DNA of 64,000 bases from a bacterium (GCA_030602615.1 JAUVZM010000008.1:1322-65321), one strand, 5' to 3'; counted from the stretch's first letter, positions 45,384 to 55,218 are shown. Made by a program: numbers and translations. The notes: generated by a model not told the origin, from the sequence alone.

Positions 45384-46019
45384 TCACTCCTGCTCGTCTC
45401 GTTCGCTGGGTGGTGTGATTTGGGTCAATTGTTCGAAATTCTCGAGAAGCTTAAGACCGGCGGCCTGGCTTTTTTCCGGATGAAACTGGCAGGCAAATAT
45501 GTTGTCCTGGTAGACTGCCGAGCAGAATTCATAACCATATTCGGTGGTGGTGGCTACTATTGACTCGTCGGCGGGCTGGACATAGTAGGAGTGGACGAAG
45601 TAGAACCAGCTTCCCGGGCTGATGCCCGCGAGGTGGGGAACAGGCTGGTTCGGCCATACCTGATTCCAGCCGATCTGTGGTATTTTCAAGTCGTGGTCAA
45701 AGCGCACTACCTGGCCGGGAAAGATGCCCAGGCCCGACTCCTGGCCTTCTTCGGACTGTTCAAACAGCATCTGCAGGCCCAGGCAGATGCCCAGATATGG
45801 CTTTCCACCAGCAATCAGCTCGCGTAAGGGGTTGAGCAGGCCGCGCTCTCGCAGCCCCCGTATGCAGTCGTCGAAGGCACCTACCCCTGGTAGCACAATC
45901 CCGCTGGCCTCCTCGAGCTGCTGGAGGCTGGAGGTTATCACAGGCGCACATCCCACATACTGCAGCGCCTTTTCGACACTGCCCAGGTTGCCCATTCCGT
46001 AGTCAATTAGTGCTATCAA
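45384..46019 (-). CDS. hisH: imidazole glycerol phosphate synthase glutamine amidotransferase subunit
   Basis: [18 protein letters not shown] (catalytic Cys) and FHPEKS motifs. It lies 7 nt upstream of hisF. Confidence 0.9.
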   Translation of the reverse strand: MIALIDYGMGNLGSVEKALQYVGCAPVITSSLQQLEEASGIVLPGVGAFDDCIRGLRERGLLNPLRELIAGGKPYLGICLGLQMLFEQSEEGQESGLGIFPGQVVRFDHDLKIPQIGWNQVWPNQPVPHLAGISPGSWFYFVHSYYVQPADESIVATTTEYGYEFCSAVYQDNIFACQFHPEKSQAAGLKLLENFEQLTQITPPSERDEQE

Positions 46020-46412
46020 TGGTCTTCACTGCACCGGAGTAATTTGCTATCTCGGAGGACATCGGAGCTAATTGTAAACCTGGGGAAAGAATTCGTCAAC
46101 TTGCCAAGTGTAGAGTGAGCTCACCGCGAGGTTGTCCCAAAGGTAGTGGAAAGTGAAAAGGATGGCGGTTCTACGGGGCGTGATGTGGTAAAATCACCCC
46201 GAGGTAAAGACCAACTAAAAGGGAGAGAGCCGCCATGGGAGAATTGCCCCAGATTATCGAGAAAAAAGATAGTAAGCAACTGACTGAATATCTTAGCGAA
46301 CATCGGGCCGGGCACACCGATCGCTCACCCCATCAAGTTTCCTGGACCTGAACCCAGACAACGGTATTGGGCAAATTCATCGCAACCATTCAGCCTGTTC
46401 TCCGATAGGCTG

Positions 46413-47390
46413 CTATGGAAGGCATCTTTTTAGGTCTACGACTGCAGGGTAGTCGTCGAGCCACACTACCCCAGCCAAGAACAATCCGTGGTGATCAGGC
46501 TCATAATCGTCTCTCTTGGCTGGAACGTGGAGTTCCCCGATGTTGTTACAACAAGATGTGATGAAATACGTTCCGTCCTCGGGGCGGCGGAATATCTCCG
46601 AAGCGTGATAGGCCCCTACGACTCTAGCGGGGCCTTGAAAATGCAGCGGGTCGTAGCTGGTTACAACTGAGACGCCATATTTGTGGGTAAAATGGAGCAC
46701 GTATTTGGAACCTGCTTCCGTAGCGATAGCGTTAACCCCCGCTGATTCCATACGGTGTTGGCCAGGACCTGAGTAGTTTACAGGTGCTGTATAAACCGGG
46801 CCACGATCCTCCCAGTCCAGTAGATTGGCAGAACGGCAGGCCGCTATGCAGCAGACCTCTGGGTCAAGCGTATTAGCAGTATAGTAACAGATGAATTCCC
46901 CAAGGCTTATCTCTAGAATGTGGGGGTCTCTGCAGGAGTGATATCCCTCGCTTCGCCAATTTGACCAGGCAGAGCAGGGAGTTATCACCGGGTTCTTTTC
47001 ATACTTTGTCCAAGTGTACAGATCCTGGCTAGTTGCGGCGCCTATCTGTTGGGAGTCTTTGTGCGTGCCGCAATAGAGCATGACGTAGCTGCCGTCCGGT
47101 GCCCGATGTACGCCAGGCGCATAAATGGCATCTTCTTCCCAGGTATCAGGTCCCTCGCGCAGACAGATATCGACAAAACTCCACTGCAGCAAATCGGGGC
47201 TTTGCGCGTGGCCTATACCGTACTCCAGCTTTCCCCCCGCCGACCGCCGTTCGTCGCGCGGGAAGTAAATATAGAACAGGTGCCAAAGCCCATCGTCAGC
47301 TTGCACCGGGCAGTGGTCGTTCAGGTAGTGGTCCCCAGGTTCGTAAACTAGCTTGAAAATACACGGTTGAGAAAGGACTGATAGATTCAT
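46413..47390 (-). CDS. five-bladed beta-propeller glycoside hydrolase-like protein (GH32/GH68-clan-like)
   Basis: YLNDH, WHLFY, CRDPH (RDP motif) and a later MESAG fit the clan pattern. The SD GGAGGTG is upstream. The gene is visibly more A/T-rich than its neighbours. Confidence 0.55.
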   Translation of the reverse strand: MNLSVLSQPCIFKLVYEPGDHYLNDHCPVQADDGLWHLFYIYFPRDERRSAGGKLEYGIGHAQSPDLLQWSFVDICLREGPDTWEEDAIYAPGVHRAPDGSYVMLYCGTHKDSQQIGAATSQDLYTWTKYEKNPVITPCSAWSNWRSEGYHSCRDPHILEISLGEFICYYTANTLDPEVCCIAACRSANLLDWEDRGPVYTAPVNYSGPGQHRMESAGVNAIATEAGSKYVLHFTHKYGVSVVTSYDPLHFQGPARVVGAYHASEIFRRPEDGTYFITSCCNNIGELHVPAKRDDYEPDHHGLFLAGVVWLDDYPAVVDLKRCLP

Positions 47391-47574
47391 ACGGCACCTC
47401 CATTATTGAGTCTTATACAGGATTTATTGTATACTTGCTCGGTCATGTCGCCAAAATCCTCCTAACCGTGCGACGTCGGCACAAGAAACAGAAATTCATC
47501 GAGACCCTCACCACGAACTGTACGCCGGCACCCCCTCTTCGTAGCAATCAGAATACTATCTTTCTTCGGCACTA

Positions 47575-47766
47575 CTCACCTTCAGGCTTGTCGAAGGGCA
47601 GAAAGACTACAGGGCTCTGGCCCTTGCCGCCAGTTGTTAGCTCGGCTTTCAATACAATTTCCGGAGCGGCCAGAAAGCCGAGGTTGGTGCCACTGGCTAT
47701 GTCAGCCACCAGAGTATTGCCTTCCGGGTCAGCAATAGCAAAGCGACTCTGAGCAAGGAAGGTGCA
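47575..47766 (-). pseudogene. possible gene remnant (start-less coding-like frame)
   Basis: A 64-codon stop-to-stop frame encodes a protein-like string (RFAIADPEGNTLVADIASGTNLGFLAAPEIVLKAEL...). It has no in-frame ATG or TTG and only a late in-frame GTG that would leave about 42 aa; the only nearby ATG (47767) is out of frame. Confidence 0.25.
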
Positions 47767-47840
47767 TCAGGCCGGAGCGGGGAAAGTGTCTGTATAGCTT
47801 CCTCCAATCTGGCAGGGAAGACCCTTCCATCACTAAAAAG

Positions 47841-48644
47841 ATGCATGCTCAGAACCCGCCGACAGAATCCGCTGACAACGGTGACCAGGTTCCTATCTTA
47901 GTCTATCACCGAGTCCACCCCGACGATGATGCGCCGCCGGTAGTTGCCAGCGAGTACTGTGGGCACGTACTACTCAGCAGCTTTATTCGTCAGATGAGCT
48001 ACTTGCGCGACCAGGGCTTCTCGGTGATAACCCACCAAGGGTTGTATGACTGGCTGCGGGACGAGGCCAGCTTGCCACCCAAACCCGTGCTGATAGATTT
48101 TGATGACAATCGCGGGGCTGTCTACGACTACGCTGTCCCAGTGCTGGCAGAGTATGGATGGCCGGCGACCTGCTTTGTCATCACCGCTCTGGCCGACGGG
48201 AAGCTGCCCGGACTGGAGCACGACGGGTCGCCGTGGTACACACCTATGGACTGGCAACAATTGGGACAGTTACGCGAGGCCGGCTGGACTATCGGTGCTC
48301 ACACGCGCACTCATCCCAGTCTGCGCGAGTTGGACGAAGCAGGTTGTCAGAACAGCGTAGAAGCCGAGTTGCGCGGATGCCGTGAAGATATTAAGCGGAA
48401 ACTGGGTTTTACGCCCTTTTGCTTTGCCTACCCTGAGGGGCAATGGAATGAAGCAGTGGAAGCGGTAGTGGCTCAGCTTTTTGCCACTGCCCGTCATTGG
48501 TACGAGGGTTACCCGTTTCGCTATGTTACCAAGCGCACCAATCCGTTGCGTCTGCCCGCGCACAGTATCTCAGAGCAACTTTCCTTTGCTGGTTTTGTCG
48601 CCTTTGTGAAGCAAGCTGTCGGTGGGGACGAGATGAGCGGTTAA
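47841..48644 (+). CDS. polysaccharide deacetylase (NodB/CE4) family protein
   Basis: ILVYHRV, IDFDDN and HTRTHPSL motifs. Confidence 0.8.
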   Translation: MHAQNPPTESADNGDQVPILVYHRVHPDDDAPPVVASEYCGHVLLSSFIRQMSYLRDQGFSVITHQGLYDWLRDEASLPPKPVLIDFDDNRGAVYDYAVPVLAEYGWPATCFVITALADGKLPGLEHDGSPWYTPMDWQQLGQLREAGWTIGAHTRTHPSLRELDEAGCQNSVEAELRGCREDIKRKLGFTPFCFAYPEGQWNEAVEAVVAQLFATARHWYEGYPFRYVTKRTNPLRLPAHSISEQLSFAGFVAFVKQAVGGDEMSG

Positions 48645-48674
48645 CAGTCGTGCCCATAATAGAGGGGACGATAA

Positions 48675-49769
48675 TTGATGATCATTGGCATACCTACTGA
48701 AATCAAGCAGGGCGAGAACCGCGTAGCTATGACTCCTGCCGGAGCACACTCCGTGACCGGCGACGGCCATACGGTGATGGTGCAAAGCGGGGCAGGCCAA
48801 GGCAGCGGCATGACCGATGCCGAATATGAGGCGGCGGGCACCGAACTTGTAGACGACGCCGCTCAACTCTGGCAACGAGCCGAGTTGATTCTCAAGGTCA
48901 AGGAGCCATTGGCTGCCGAATATGAGTATCTGCGCGAAGATTTGTGTCTGTTTACCTATCTGCATTTGGCCTCCGAGCCCGACTTGACCCGGGCACTAGT
49001 GGAGGCTAAAACCACAGCGCTTGCCTATGAGACCGTACAAACCGACGACGGCAAACTCCCCTTGCTTACGCCGATGAGTGAGGTAGCTGGCAAGCTGGCC
49101 GTGCAGATCGGCGCTCACTACCTGGCGCAACATCACGGAGGGCGAGGGGTACTGCTAGGAGGAGTGCCGGGCGTGCCTCCGGCGGAGGTAGTGATTATTG
49201 GCTGCGGCACGGTGGGTTTCAACGCGGCGCAGGTCGCTATGGGAATGGGCGCCCACGTGACCATTCTGGATATCGACCACGACCGGCTCAGGCATCTGGA
49301 CGAGATCATGCACGGGAGCATCGTCACTGTCTACTCAAATCCCTACAATGTTGCCCGCTCGGTGGCCTATGCCGATTTGCTCATCGGTTCGGTGCTCATC
49401 CCCGGGGCCCGCGCGCCCAATATTGTGACTGAACAGATGGTCAAGAAGATGAAGTCGGGGGCGGTGATTATTGATGTGGCAGTGGACCAGGGTGGCTGCA
49501 TTGAGACCATCGAGCCGACCTCTCATGCCCAGCCCACATATGTGCAGCACGACGTTCTACACTACGCCGTGCCCAACATGCCCGCAGCAGTCCCCCGCAC
49601 TGCCACCTTTGCTCTGACCAATGCCACCCTGCCCTACGTGCGCGCGATTGCCAATCTGGGGCTGGAGCAAGCCATGGAGCAGTCTTCAGAGCTAGCTCAG
49701 GGCCTGAATGTAGCCGAAGGCGAGATCGTCTACCCTGCGGTCGCGGAAGCATATAGGAGCACCCAATAG
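48675..49769 (+). CDS. ald: alanine dehydrogenase
   Basis: IGIPTEIKQGENRVAMTP, the NAD motif IIGCGTVG and IDVAVDQGG. Confidence 0.9.
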   Translation: MMIIGIPTEIKQGENRVAMTPAGAHSVTGDGHTVMVQSGAGQGSGMTDAEYEAAGTELVDDAAQLWQRAELILKVKEPLAAEYEYLREDLCLFTYLHLASEPDLTRALVEAKTTALAYETVQTDDGKLPLLTPMSEVAGKLAVQIGAHYLAQHHGGRGVLLGGVPGVPPAEVVIIGCGTVGFNAAQVAMGMGAHVTILDIDHDRLRHLDEIMHGSIVTVYSNPYNVARSVAYADLLIGSVLIPGARAPNIVTEQMVKKMKSGAVIIDVAVDQGGCIETIEPTSHAQPTYVQHDVLHYAVPNMPAAVPRTATFALTNATLPYVRAIANLGLEQAMEQSSELAQGLNVAEGEIVYPAVAEAYRSTQ

Positions 49770-50030
49770 ACCTGCTGCGGCTGTTTCGTGATGTTTCAGG
49801 TGACGGTGTGTCGTTGAGTCGTTTGGACGCGGTGTGTGCCAACGTGTTGGTCAATACGGGTAGAGGCGGCTCCGTGGATGCGCCGCAGCGGGCCGCTACG
49901 CTGACTATTGATGAGATCGAGACCATGTTTGTGGCCGGGAAGTCGTTCTTGCCTGTTGCCACATTCTGGCCTATAAGCAGTGAGAGAATTATCCGAAGAT
50001 GCACAACTCAATTTGACAGGAGGTTTGGAA

Positions 50031-51029
50031 ATGAGAACCGTAAACTATGGCGTCATTGGACTGGGATTTTTTGGGGAGAAGCACTGTGAAGCGCTTGCGA
50101 CGCTTCCTCAGGTCAATATCTACGCGCTGTGCACGCGCACCGAGTCGCGCCTGGCCGAGTTAGGTGAAAAGTTTGGGGCGGACAAGACCTTCACCGACTA
50201 CAACGAGATGCTGGCCGACCCCGACCTGGAAGCAGTCAGCGTGGTGACGATGTACGACCAGCATAAGGAGCCGGCTATTGCCGCTCTGGAGGCCGGCAAA
50301 CACGTGTTGCTGGAGAAGCCCATGGCCTCGACATTGGATGATTGTCAGGCCATTGTCCAGGCGGCCGCGGCAGCGCCGGGCTTCTTCATGGTCGGGCACA
50401 TCTGCCGCTTCAATCCCCGGTACGCAGCGGCCAAGGAAGCTATCGCCGAAGGGCGCATCGGCGAAATTGTCTCGATGTACGCCCGCCGCAACATTCCGGC
50501 CTGGGTTGGTGCGGGTGTCCTGCCCAAGATTGGCCCAATCATCGGTGACGGCGTCCACGACACCGATTTGCTGCTGTGGTACAGCGGAGCTGAGATTGTC
50601 AGCGCCTATGCGCAGACGGTGGCAGTGCGGGGTCTGGCGAATCCTGACATCGGTTGGACAATGTACCGCTTTGACAGTGGCGCCACCGGCGTGCTGGAAA
50701 ATGTCTGGTTCCTGCCTGATAGCACCCCCTTCCAGATTGATGAGCGGATGGAGATCATCGGTACCGAAGGTTCAGTTCATATCCATGAGACGCATCCGAA
50801 CTTCTCGGTACTCGACGCTGACGGCTGGCACTGTCCTGACACGACGTACTGGCCGGAAATCCGCGGCGAGCTCTGGGGCGCGCTGCCCAAAGAGTTAGGC
50901 TATTTCGTAAACTGTGTAGCTACCGGCCAGCCGCCGACCGTCATCACTCCAGGGGAGTCTATGGCAGCCGTGGAAGCCTGCCTCGCCGCCGAGCGGTCAG
51001 CGGCGAGTGGCCAGCTCGTTGAGCTGTAG
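50031..51029 (+). CDS. Gfo/Idh/MocA-family oxidoreductase
   Basis: YGVIGLGFFG Rossmann motif and LLEKPMA. ATG 50031 has CAGGAGG 7 nt upstream. Confidence 0.85.
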   Translation: MRTVNYGVIGLGFFGEKHCEALATLPQVNIYALCTRTESRLAELGEKFGADKTFTDYNEMLADPDLEAVSVVTMYDQHKEPAIAALEAGKHVLLEKPMASTLDDCQAIVQAAAAAPGFFMVGHICRFNPRYAAAKEAIAEGRIGEIVSMYARRNIPAWVGAGVLPKIGPIIGDGVHDTDLLLWYSGAEIVSAYAQTVAVRGLANPDIGWTMYRFDSGATGVLENVWFLPDSTPFQIDERMEIIGTEGSVHIHETHPNFSVLDADGWHCPDTTYWPEIRGELWGALPKELGYFVNCVATGQPPTVITPGESMAAVEACLAAERSAASGQLVEL

Positions 51030-51116
51030 GCCTGGATTGTAGGAACGGAAATGAATAATCTCGCCCTCTGCTGTCTCTATGTGAAGGAGTAGGGACGATT
51101 CGCAGGAGGTGAGCTC

Positions 51117-51695
51117 GTGGGCGTACTTCGGCAGTGGCGGGAACGGCTGCTACTACGGCGCATCCGCAGCGGAGACCGGCAGGCGGCCGAGCAGCTTGTG
51201 GACGAGCACTACCAGAACGTCTACCGCTGGCTGCTGCACCTGTGCCGCCATCGCGAGCACGCGGCTGACCTGACTCAAGAGACGTTTGTGCAGGTCTGGG
51301 ACGGGCTGGATGGCTTTCGTGGGCAGGCATCGCTGAAGACCTGGATCCACCGCGTCGCTTACCACACGTACTTGCGCACTCAGCGCAACCCCGCACCAGA
51401 GCCCCAGCCCCTATCCGAAGTGCCCGACGTCCCCGGCCCGGACATAGCCGAGGTGGCCCTGACCCGACATCTGGTCCACGAGGCACTGGCCCGGCTGCCC
51501 GAGAAGCAGCGGGACGTAGTCGTGCTCCACTACTTGCACGGCCTCACCGCAGCGGAAGTAGCAGGGGTGCTGGAAATCCCGACAGGCACGGTCCTCTCTC
51601 GCCTGCACGCTAGCCGCGCCAAACTCTGCGAGCTGCTCTCCGACGAATCGTCCTCATCCAAACAGGAGGTGCAAGCTGATGTGGCGCAAGAGTGA
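51117..51695 (+). CDS. ECF-type RNA polymerase sigma-70 factor
   Basis: Region 2 (DLTQETFVQVW) and region 4 (VVVLHYLHGLTAAEVAGVLEIPTGTVLSRLH). The GTG start has AGGAGG 7 nt upstream. Confidence 0.85.
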   Translation: MGVLRQWRERLLLRRIRSGDRQAAEQLVDEHYQNVYRWLLHLCRHREHAADLTQETFVQVWDGLDGFRGQASLKTWIHRVAYHTYLRTQRNPAPEPQPLSEVPDVPGPDIAEVALTRHLVHEALARLPEKQRDVVVLHYLHGLTAAEVAGVLEIPTGTVLSRLHASRAKLCELLSDESSSSKQEVQADVAQE

Positions 51696-52905
51696 TGAAC
51701 GAAGAGTAAGAAAACTATTTCGGACCGTACAACAGGAGCCGGCCCCGGACAGACTGTGCAAGGGTCTTCAAGTGGACATCGAGGCGCGCTTTGTCGCGCC
51801 AGCAGTGCCTCGTATCGGTCTCTTCTGGCGCGCACTGCGTCCGAAACCACTGCTGGTGGGAGCGGTCGGCTTACTGGTGGCTGCCCTGGTTGGCGTACTG
51901 CTAACCATCCCTCGTAGCCCGGACGTTATTGCCGCTGTCCTGGAGGCGATGGAACAGGTCAAAACAGCTCACGTAATAGGACCCCATTTTGACATTTGGA
52001 TATCTGCTGACCATGGTACTCGCGAAGAACGGTCCGGATGGGTCCGCATCGCCGGCGTCAGTGCGACGTGGCTATACTTTAGAGGCGAGAATAGGGTTGT
52101 CATCTCGGACCCCCAGCCGAACGCGGCGCACGAGATGATAGAAGATACCTTAAAGGCCCGCGGCATGTTGGCACAGTTAGAGACTGCCCCGCCGCAGGAT
52201 CATGTACGATACCGCGTCACCGATGCAACGCTGAACGGCACACCCGCAAAACGCATCGAGTTTGAGGCGCACGGGTACTCCGGTGTGTATTACATCGACG
52301 CCGATAGCATGCGCATCGTGACTGGTGAAGTCACGGTCGGGCCGGAAACTGGAGCCCATAAGGCGCAGCAAGGGCGGCATCAGTTCCGCGTCGAGTACAA
52401 CTCAGGGGTAGACCCGGCACTGTTCACCTTCGAGCCGCCGGAAGGTGCAAATGTTGTGGACACTCGTACAGATTCTAAGCTCGCAGAGACGGCTGACAAC
52501 ATTCCCATTGAGAAGAATCCAGACTTTGCTCGGGAGCTTATCGACGCTGTATACGCGGGTTCTCTGAGTACTGTGGCGGACTCACTCGATGAACCAACCC
52601 GTCGGTACCATCCTGATTGGGTCATAGCCGGGACGGCCGCGGTACTCCGCCAGCAGTTCGGAACGGTTAAGGATTTAGAGTTTCAGTCCATTAGACCGGT
52701 CCAGCAGTTCTGGGTAGAGGCAGTCTGGGCAGTGATTGCCGAACACGGCAGTTTCAAAATGAAGCTCATCTTTGACCCCGAGGGAAAGGTGGCGGGCGTA
52801 TGGTTCCGGTTCCCACCTGATGTGGAATGGGCTACTGCAGCGGAGCTTGGGGTAGATTATGTCAAGCAACGCAAGAAAGAGGCCTCAGCGCAAAACGGCG
52901 ATTAG
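51679..52905 (+). CDS. putative anti-sigma factor: single-pass membrane protein with large extracytoplasmic domain
   Basis: It overlaps the sigma gene by 17 nt and has an SD AGGAGG. There is one TM helix (LLVGAVGLLVAALVGVLLTI) and no HxxxCxxC zinc motif in the short cytoplasmic part. Confidence 0.55.
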   Translation: MWRKSDERRVRKLFRTVQQEPAPDRLCKGLQVDIEARFVAPAVPRIGLFWRALRPKPLLVGAVGLLVAALVGVLLTIPRSPDVIAAVLEAMEQVKTAHVIGPHFDIWISADHGTREERSGWVRIAGVSATWLYFRGENRVVISDPQPNAAHEMIEDTLKARGMLAQLETAPPQDHVRYRVTDATLNGTPAKRIEFEAHGYSGVYYIDADSMRIVTGEVTVGPETGAHKAQQGRHQFRVEYNSGVDPALFTFEPPEGANVVDTRTDSKLAETADNIPIEKNPDFARELIDAVYAGSLSTVADSLDEPTRRYHPDWVIAGTAAVLRQQFGTVKDLEFQSIRPVQQFWVEAVWAVIAEHGSFKMKLIFDPEGKVAGVWFRFPPDVEWATAAELGVDYVKQRKKEASAQNGD

Positions 52906-53093
52906 AACGGGCCGGATGGCGCAAGAGTTTTGACATCGATTTCATCTTTGATCGGTCTCACGAAGCAGGCCAACAATGAGGACCCTCAGCGGCCCGGCGC
53001 ATCGATCTCACTTCTGCGGACGAAGGGTAAATCGTCCTCGCCTCCAGCCAAGTGCGCGAATAGCCGCCTCGGCAGCTTGAACTCAGGCTGACC

Positions 53094-53864
53094 CTACCAC
53101 GGCGGGAGGGCGAGGGTGCCGCCCTCTAGCATTACCGAGCTGCCGTTGATATAGCCAGCGTCGTCGCTGAGCAAGAAAGCAGCCACCTTGGCCACGTCCT
53201 CGGGCTCGCCCAGGCGCCGCATCGGAATCTTCTCGGCCACTTCGGCGAACAGCTCATCAACCGGTGTATCCCACCCGGCGCAACTGGCTCGCAGCATCGG
53301 AGTGTCAATGGTACCCGGGCAGATCCCTACGACCCGAATGACTCCGGCATGGTCAGTAGCCAGGCAGCGAATCAGCGCCTCCAGGGCTGCTTTGGAGGCG
53401 CAGTACAGTGCATGGGCGGGAAAGCCTACGAAGGCCGCCACGGAAGTGGTGATGAGCACTACTCCCTTGCCTTGTTCCTCCATCACTGGCACTATGTGCT
53501 TGAGCAGCAGGAAGTTGCCCTTGACGTTGACGCCCATCGCCGCCTGCCAGTCGTCTTCGGTGAAATCTTTGACCGTCCCCTCCAGCCATACGCCCGCGTT
53601 ACTGTGCAGGCAATCAATTCGCCCGAAGGCGTCGAGCGTCTCATCAACCAGCTTCTCGACATCTTCTTCCATCGAGACATCAGTCTCAATGAATCGTACC
53701 TGGCGGCCGTCGGCTTCCAGTTCGTCGGCCAGTGCCGCACCTGCCTGCGGCTGGTTAGATGCTATTGCTACTTTGGCCCCCAGTTCACTGAAATACCGAC
53801 TGCATGCCTCGCCAATGCCGGAGGTCCCCCCGGTGACGATTATGACCTTGTCCTGAATGTTCAT
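53094..53864 (-). CDS. short-chain dehydrogenase/reductase (SDR)
   Basis: TGGTSGIG, NAG and the YxxxK motif (YCASKAA). ATG 53864 was chosen. Confidence 0.85.
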   Translation of the reverse strand: MNIQDKVIIVTGGTSGIGEACSRYFSELGAKVAIASNQPQAGAALADELEADGRQVRFIETDVSMEEDVEKLVDETLDAFGRIDCLHSNAGVWLEGTVKDFTEDDWQAAMGVNVKGNFLLLKHIVPVMEEQGKGVVLITTSVAAFVGFPAHALYCASKAALEALIRCLATDHAGVIRVVGICPGTIDTPMLRASCAGWDTPVDELFAEVAEKIPMRRLGEPEDVAKVAAFLLSDDAGYINGSSVMLEGGTLALPPW

Positions 53865-53871
53865 GGCAAAA

Positions 53872-54225
53872 TCACTCCTTAGGGGTGAATCCCCTCTGTT
53901 TGCTGGCCCATTCCATATACTCAAATACCGCACCATCTTCCAATATGAACGCTACGGTCAGTCCCTCCATTGCCTCGAAAGGCTCTAGCAGAACTTGCTT
54001 GTCCTCGATTTCCCGCTGCAAGTCGTCAGTCTCGAAGGCCAGATGGGGCAACGCGCGCAGTGGCCCGGTCACCGGCGAGTCGGGCTCATATCTCAGGAAC
54101 TCAATCCGGTAGGGATGCTCCATAGGGTCAGTGACCCAGACCCGGGTATCTTCAACATAGATTTCTCCGGGCTGCTCCTCGTCGGTCGGTATGCCTACGT
54201 GGTGGAACTGGCGCACAATAAACAA
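53872..54225 (-). CDS. VOC/glyoxalase-fold protein
   Basis: 117 aa, with FHHVGIPT at the N-terminus and a beta-alpha-beta-beta-beta-like layout. Confidence 0.65.
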   Translation of the reverse strand: MFIVRQFHHVGIPTDEEQPGEIYVEDTRVWVTDPMEHPYRIEFLRYEPDSPVTGPLRALPHLAFETDDLQREIEDKQVLLEPFEAMEGLTVAFILEDGAVFEYMEWASKQRGFTPKE

Positions 54226-54255
54226 CCTCCTATCTTAAAGTTGGAAGCCTGCGGT

Positions 54256-55218
54256 TCACTCGCTATGGCCTTGCCGGTAGGCAATAGCCCGGTCAATAAT
54301 ACTGAAGATATCGTTTTGCGGCTCATAGCCTATTATCGCTCGTGCCTTGGAGATGTCAATCTCGAAGGAATGATAGCCGGGGCAGACAATCTCAATGGTA
54401 GGTATCCCCAATTGCTCGCCGATGTATTCTGCGGCCCCCTGATAGTCAAACGGGGCCGGCGCGGCAATATTGAAATCCTGCCCGATAGCCGACTCGTTGC
54501 CCAGGATCTTCTCAAAAGCCTGTATCACATCGTCAATATGGACGATGTGCCGATAATAGGGGCAACCCTCGCTGTCCGTCAGAATGGGGATGCGTTCCTC
54601 GCCAGCGCGGACCAGCGCCTCGATCTCCTCGGTCACCTCGCCAAAGCCGTGTCCTTCTTCTTCCGGGTCAACATTCTCCAGCAGCGAAAAGTGGCCGAGC
54701 AGGTCATCTTCCTCAAATATCCACGAACAGCGCATTATTGAAATGGGCAGCCCATATTGAATCGCATACTGCTCAGCCATAACTTCCTCGATAACCTTGC
54801 TAAATGCATAATAGCCGGGGTAAGCCGTCTTGGGGTGATTCTCGTCAATCGGTCCCGTCTGAGGGTAAAACCATATCCCCTGAGCGGCATCGCCCCCAAA
54901 CATGACGAACTGCTGGATCTCCTCATCCCGGCAGGCCTCCAGCACATTGAACATCCCTCGTATGCTTACGTCAAAGAAAGTGTCAGGGTCCTCCTTGGCC
55001 GTGGCCATGTGCACCACGGCGTCTGCGCTCTCGACCACCTGGCGCACCGCCTCCGGGTCGGTGACACTACCAGGTATACTCTCAATCCCTTCACTGGTGA
55101 TCGGCTTGCTCCAGTGTGACAAAGCCCGAATAGACTTGCCCTGAGCCTTTAGCGCTTCGACGATGTGCGAACCGACCTTGCCGCTACCACCGAAGACGGC
55201 AACTGTTTCTAAGTTCAT
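54256..55218 (-). CDS. NAD-dependent epimerase/dehydratase family protein
   Basis: VFGGSGKVG Rossmann motif and the YxxxK motif (YAFSKVI). The SD AAGGAG lies 7 nt upstream. Confidence 0.85.
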   Translation of the reverse strand: MNLETVAVFGGSGKVGSHIVEALKAQGKSIRALSHWSKPITSEGIESIPGSVTDPEAVRQVVESADAVVHMATAKEDPDTFFDVSIRGMFNVLEACRDEEIQQFVMFGGDAAQGIWFYPQTGPIDENHPKTAYPGYYAFSKVIEEVMAEQYAIQYGLPISIMRCSWIFEEDDLLGHFSLLENVDPEEEGHGFGEVTEEIEALVRAGEERIPILTDSEGCPYYRHIVHIDDVIQAFEKILGNESAIGQDFNIAAPAPFDYQGAAEYIGEQLGIPTIEIVCPGYHSFEIDISKARAIIGYEPQNDIFSIIDRAIAYRQGHSE

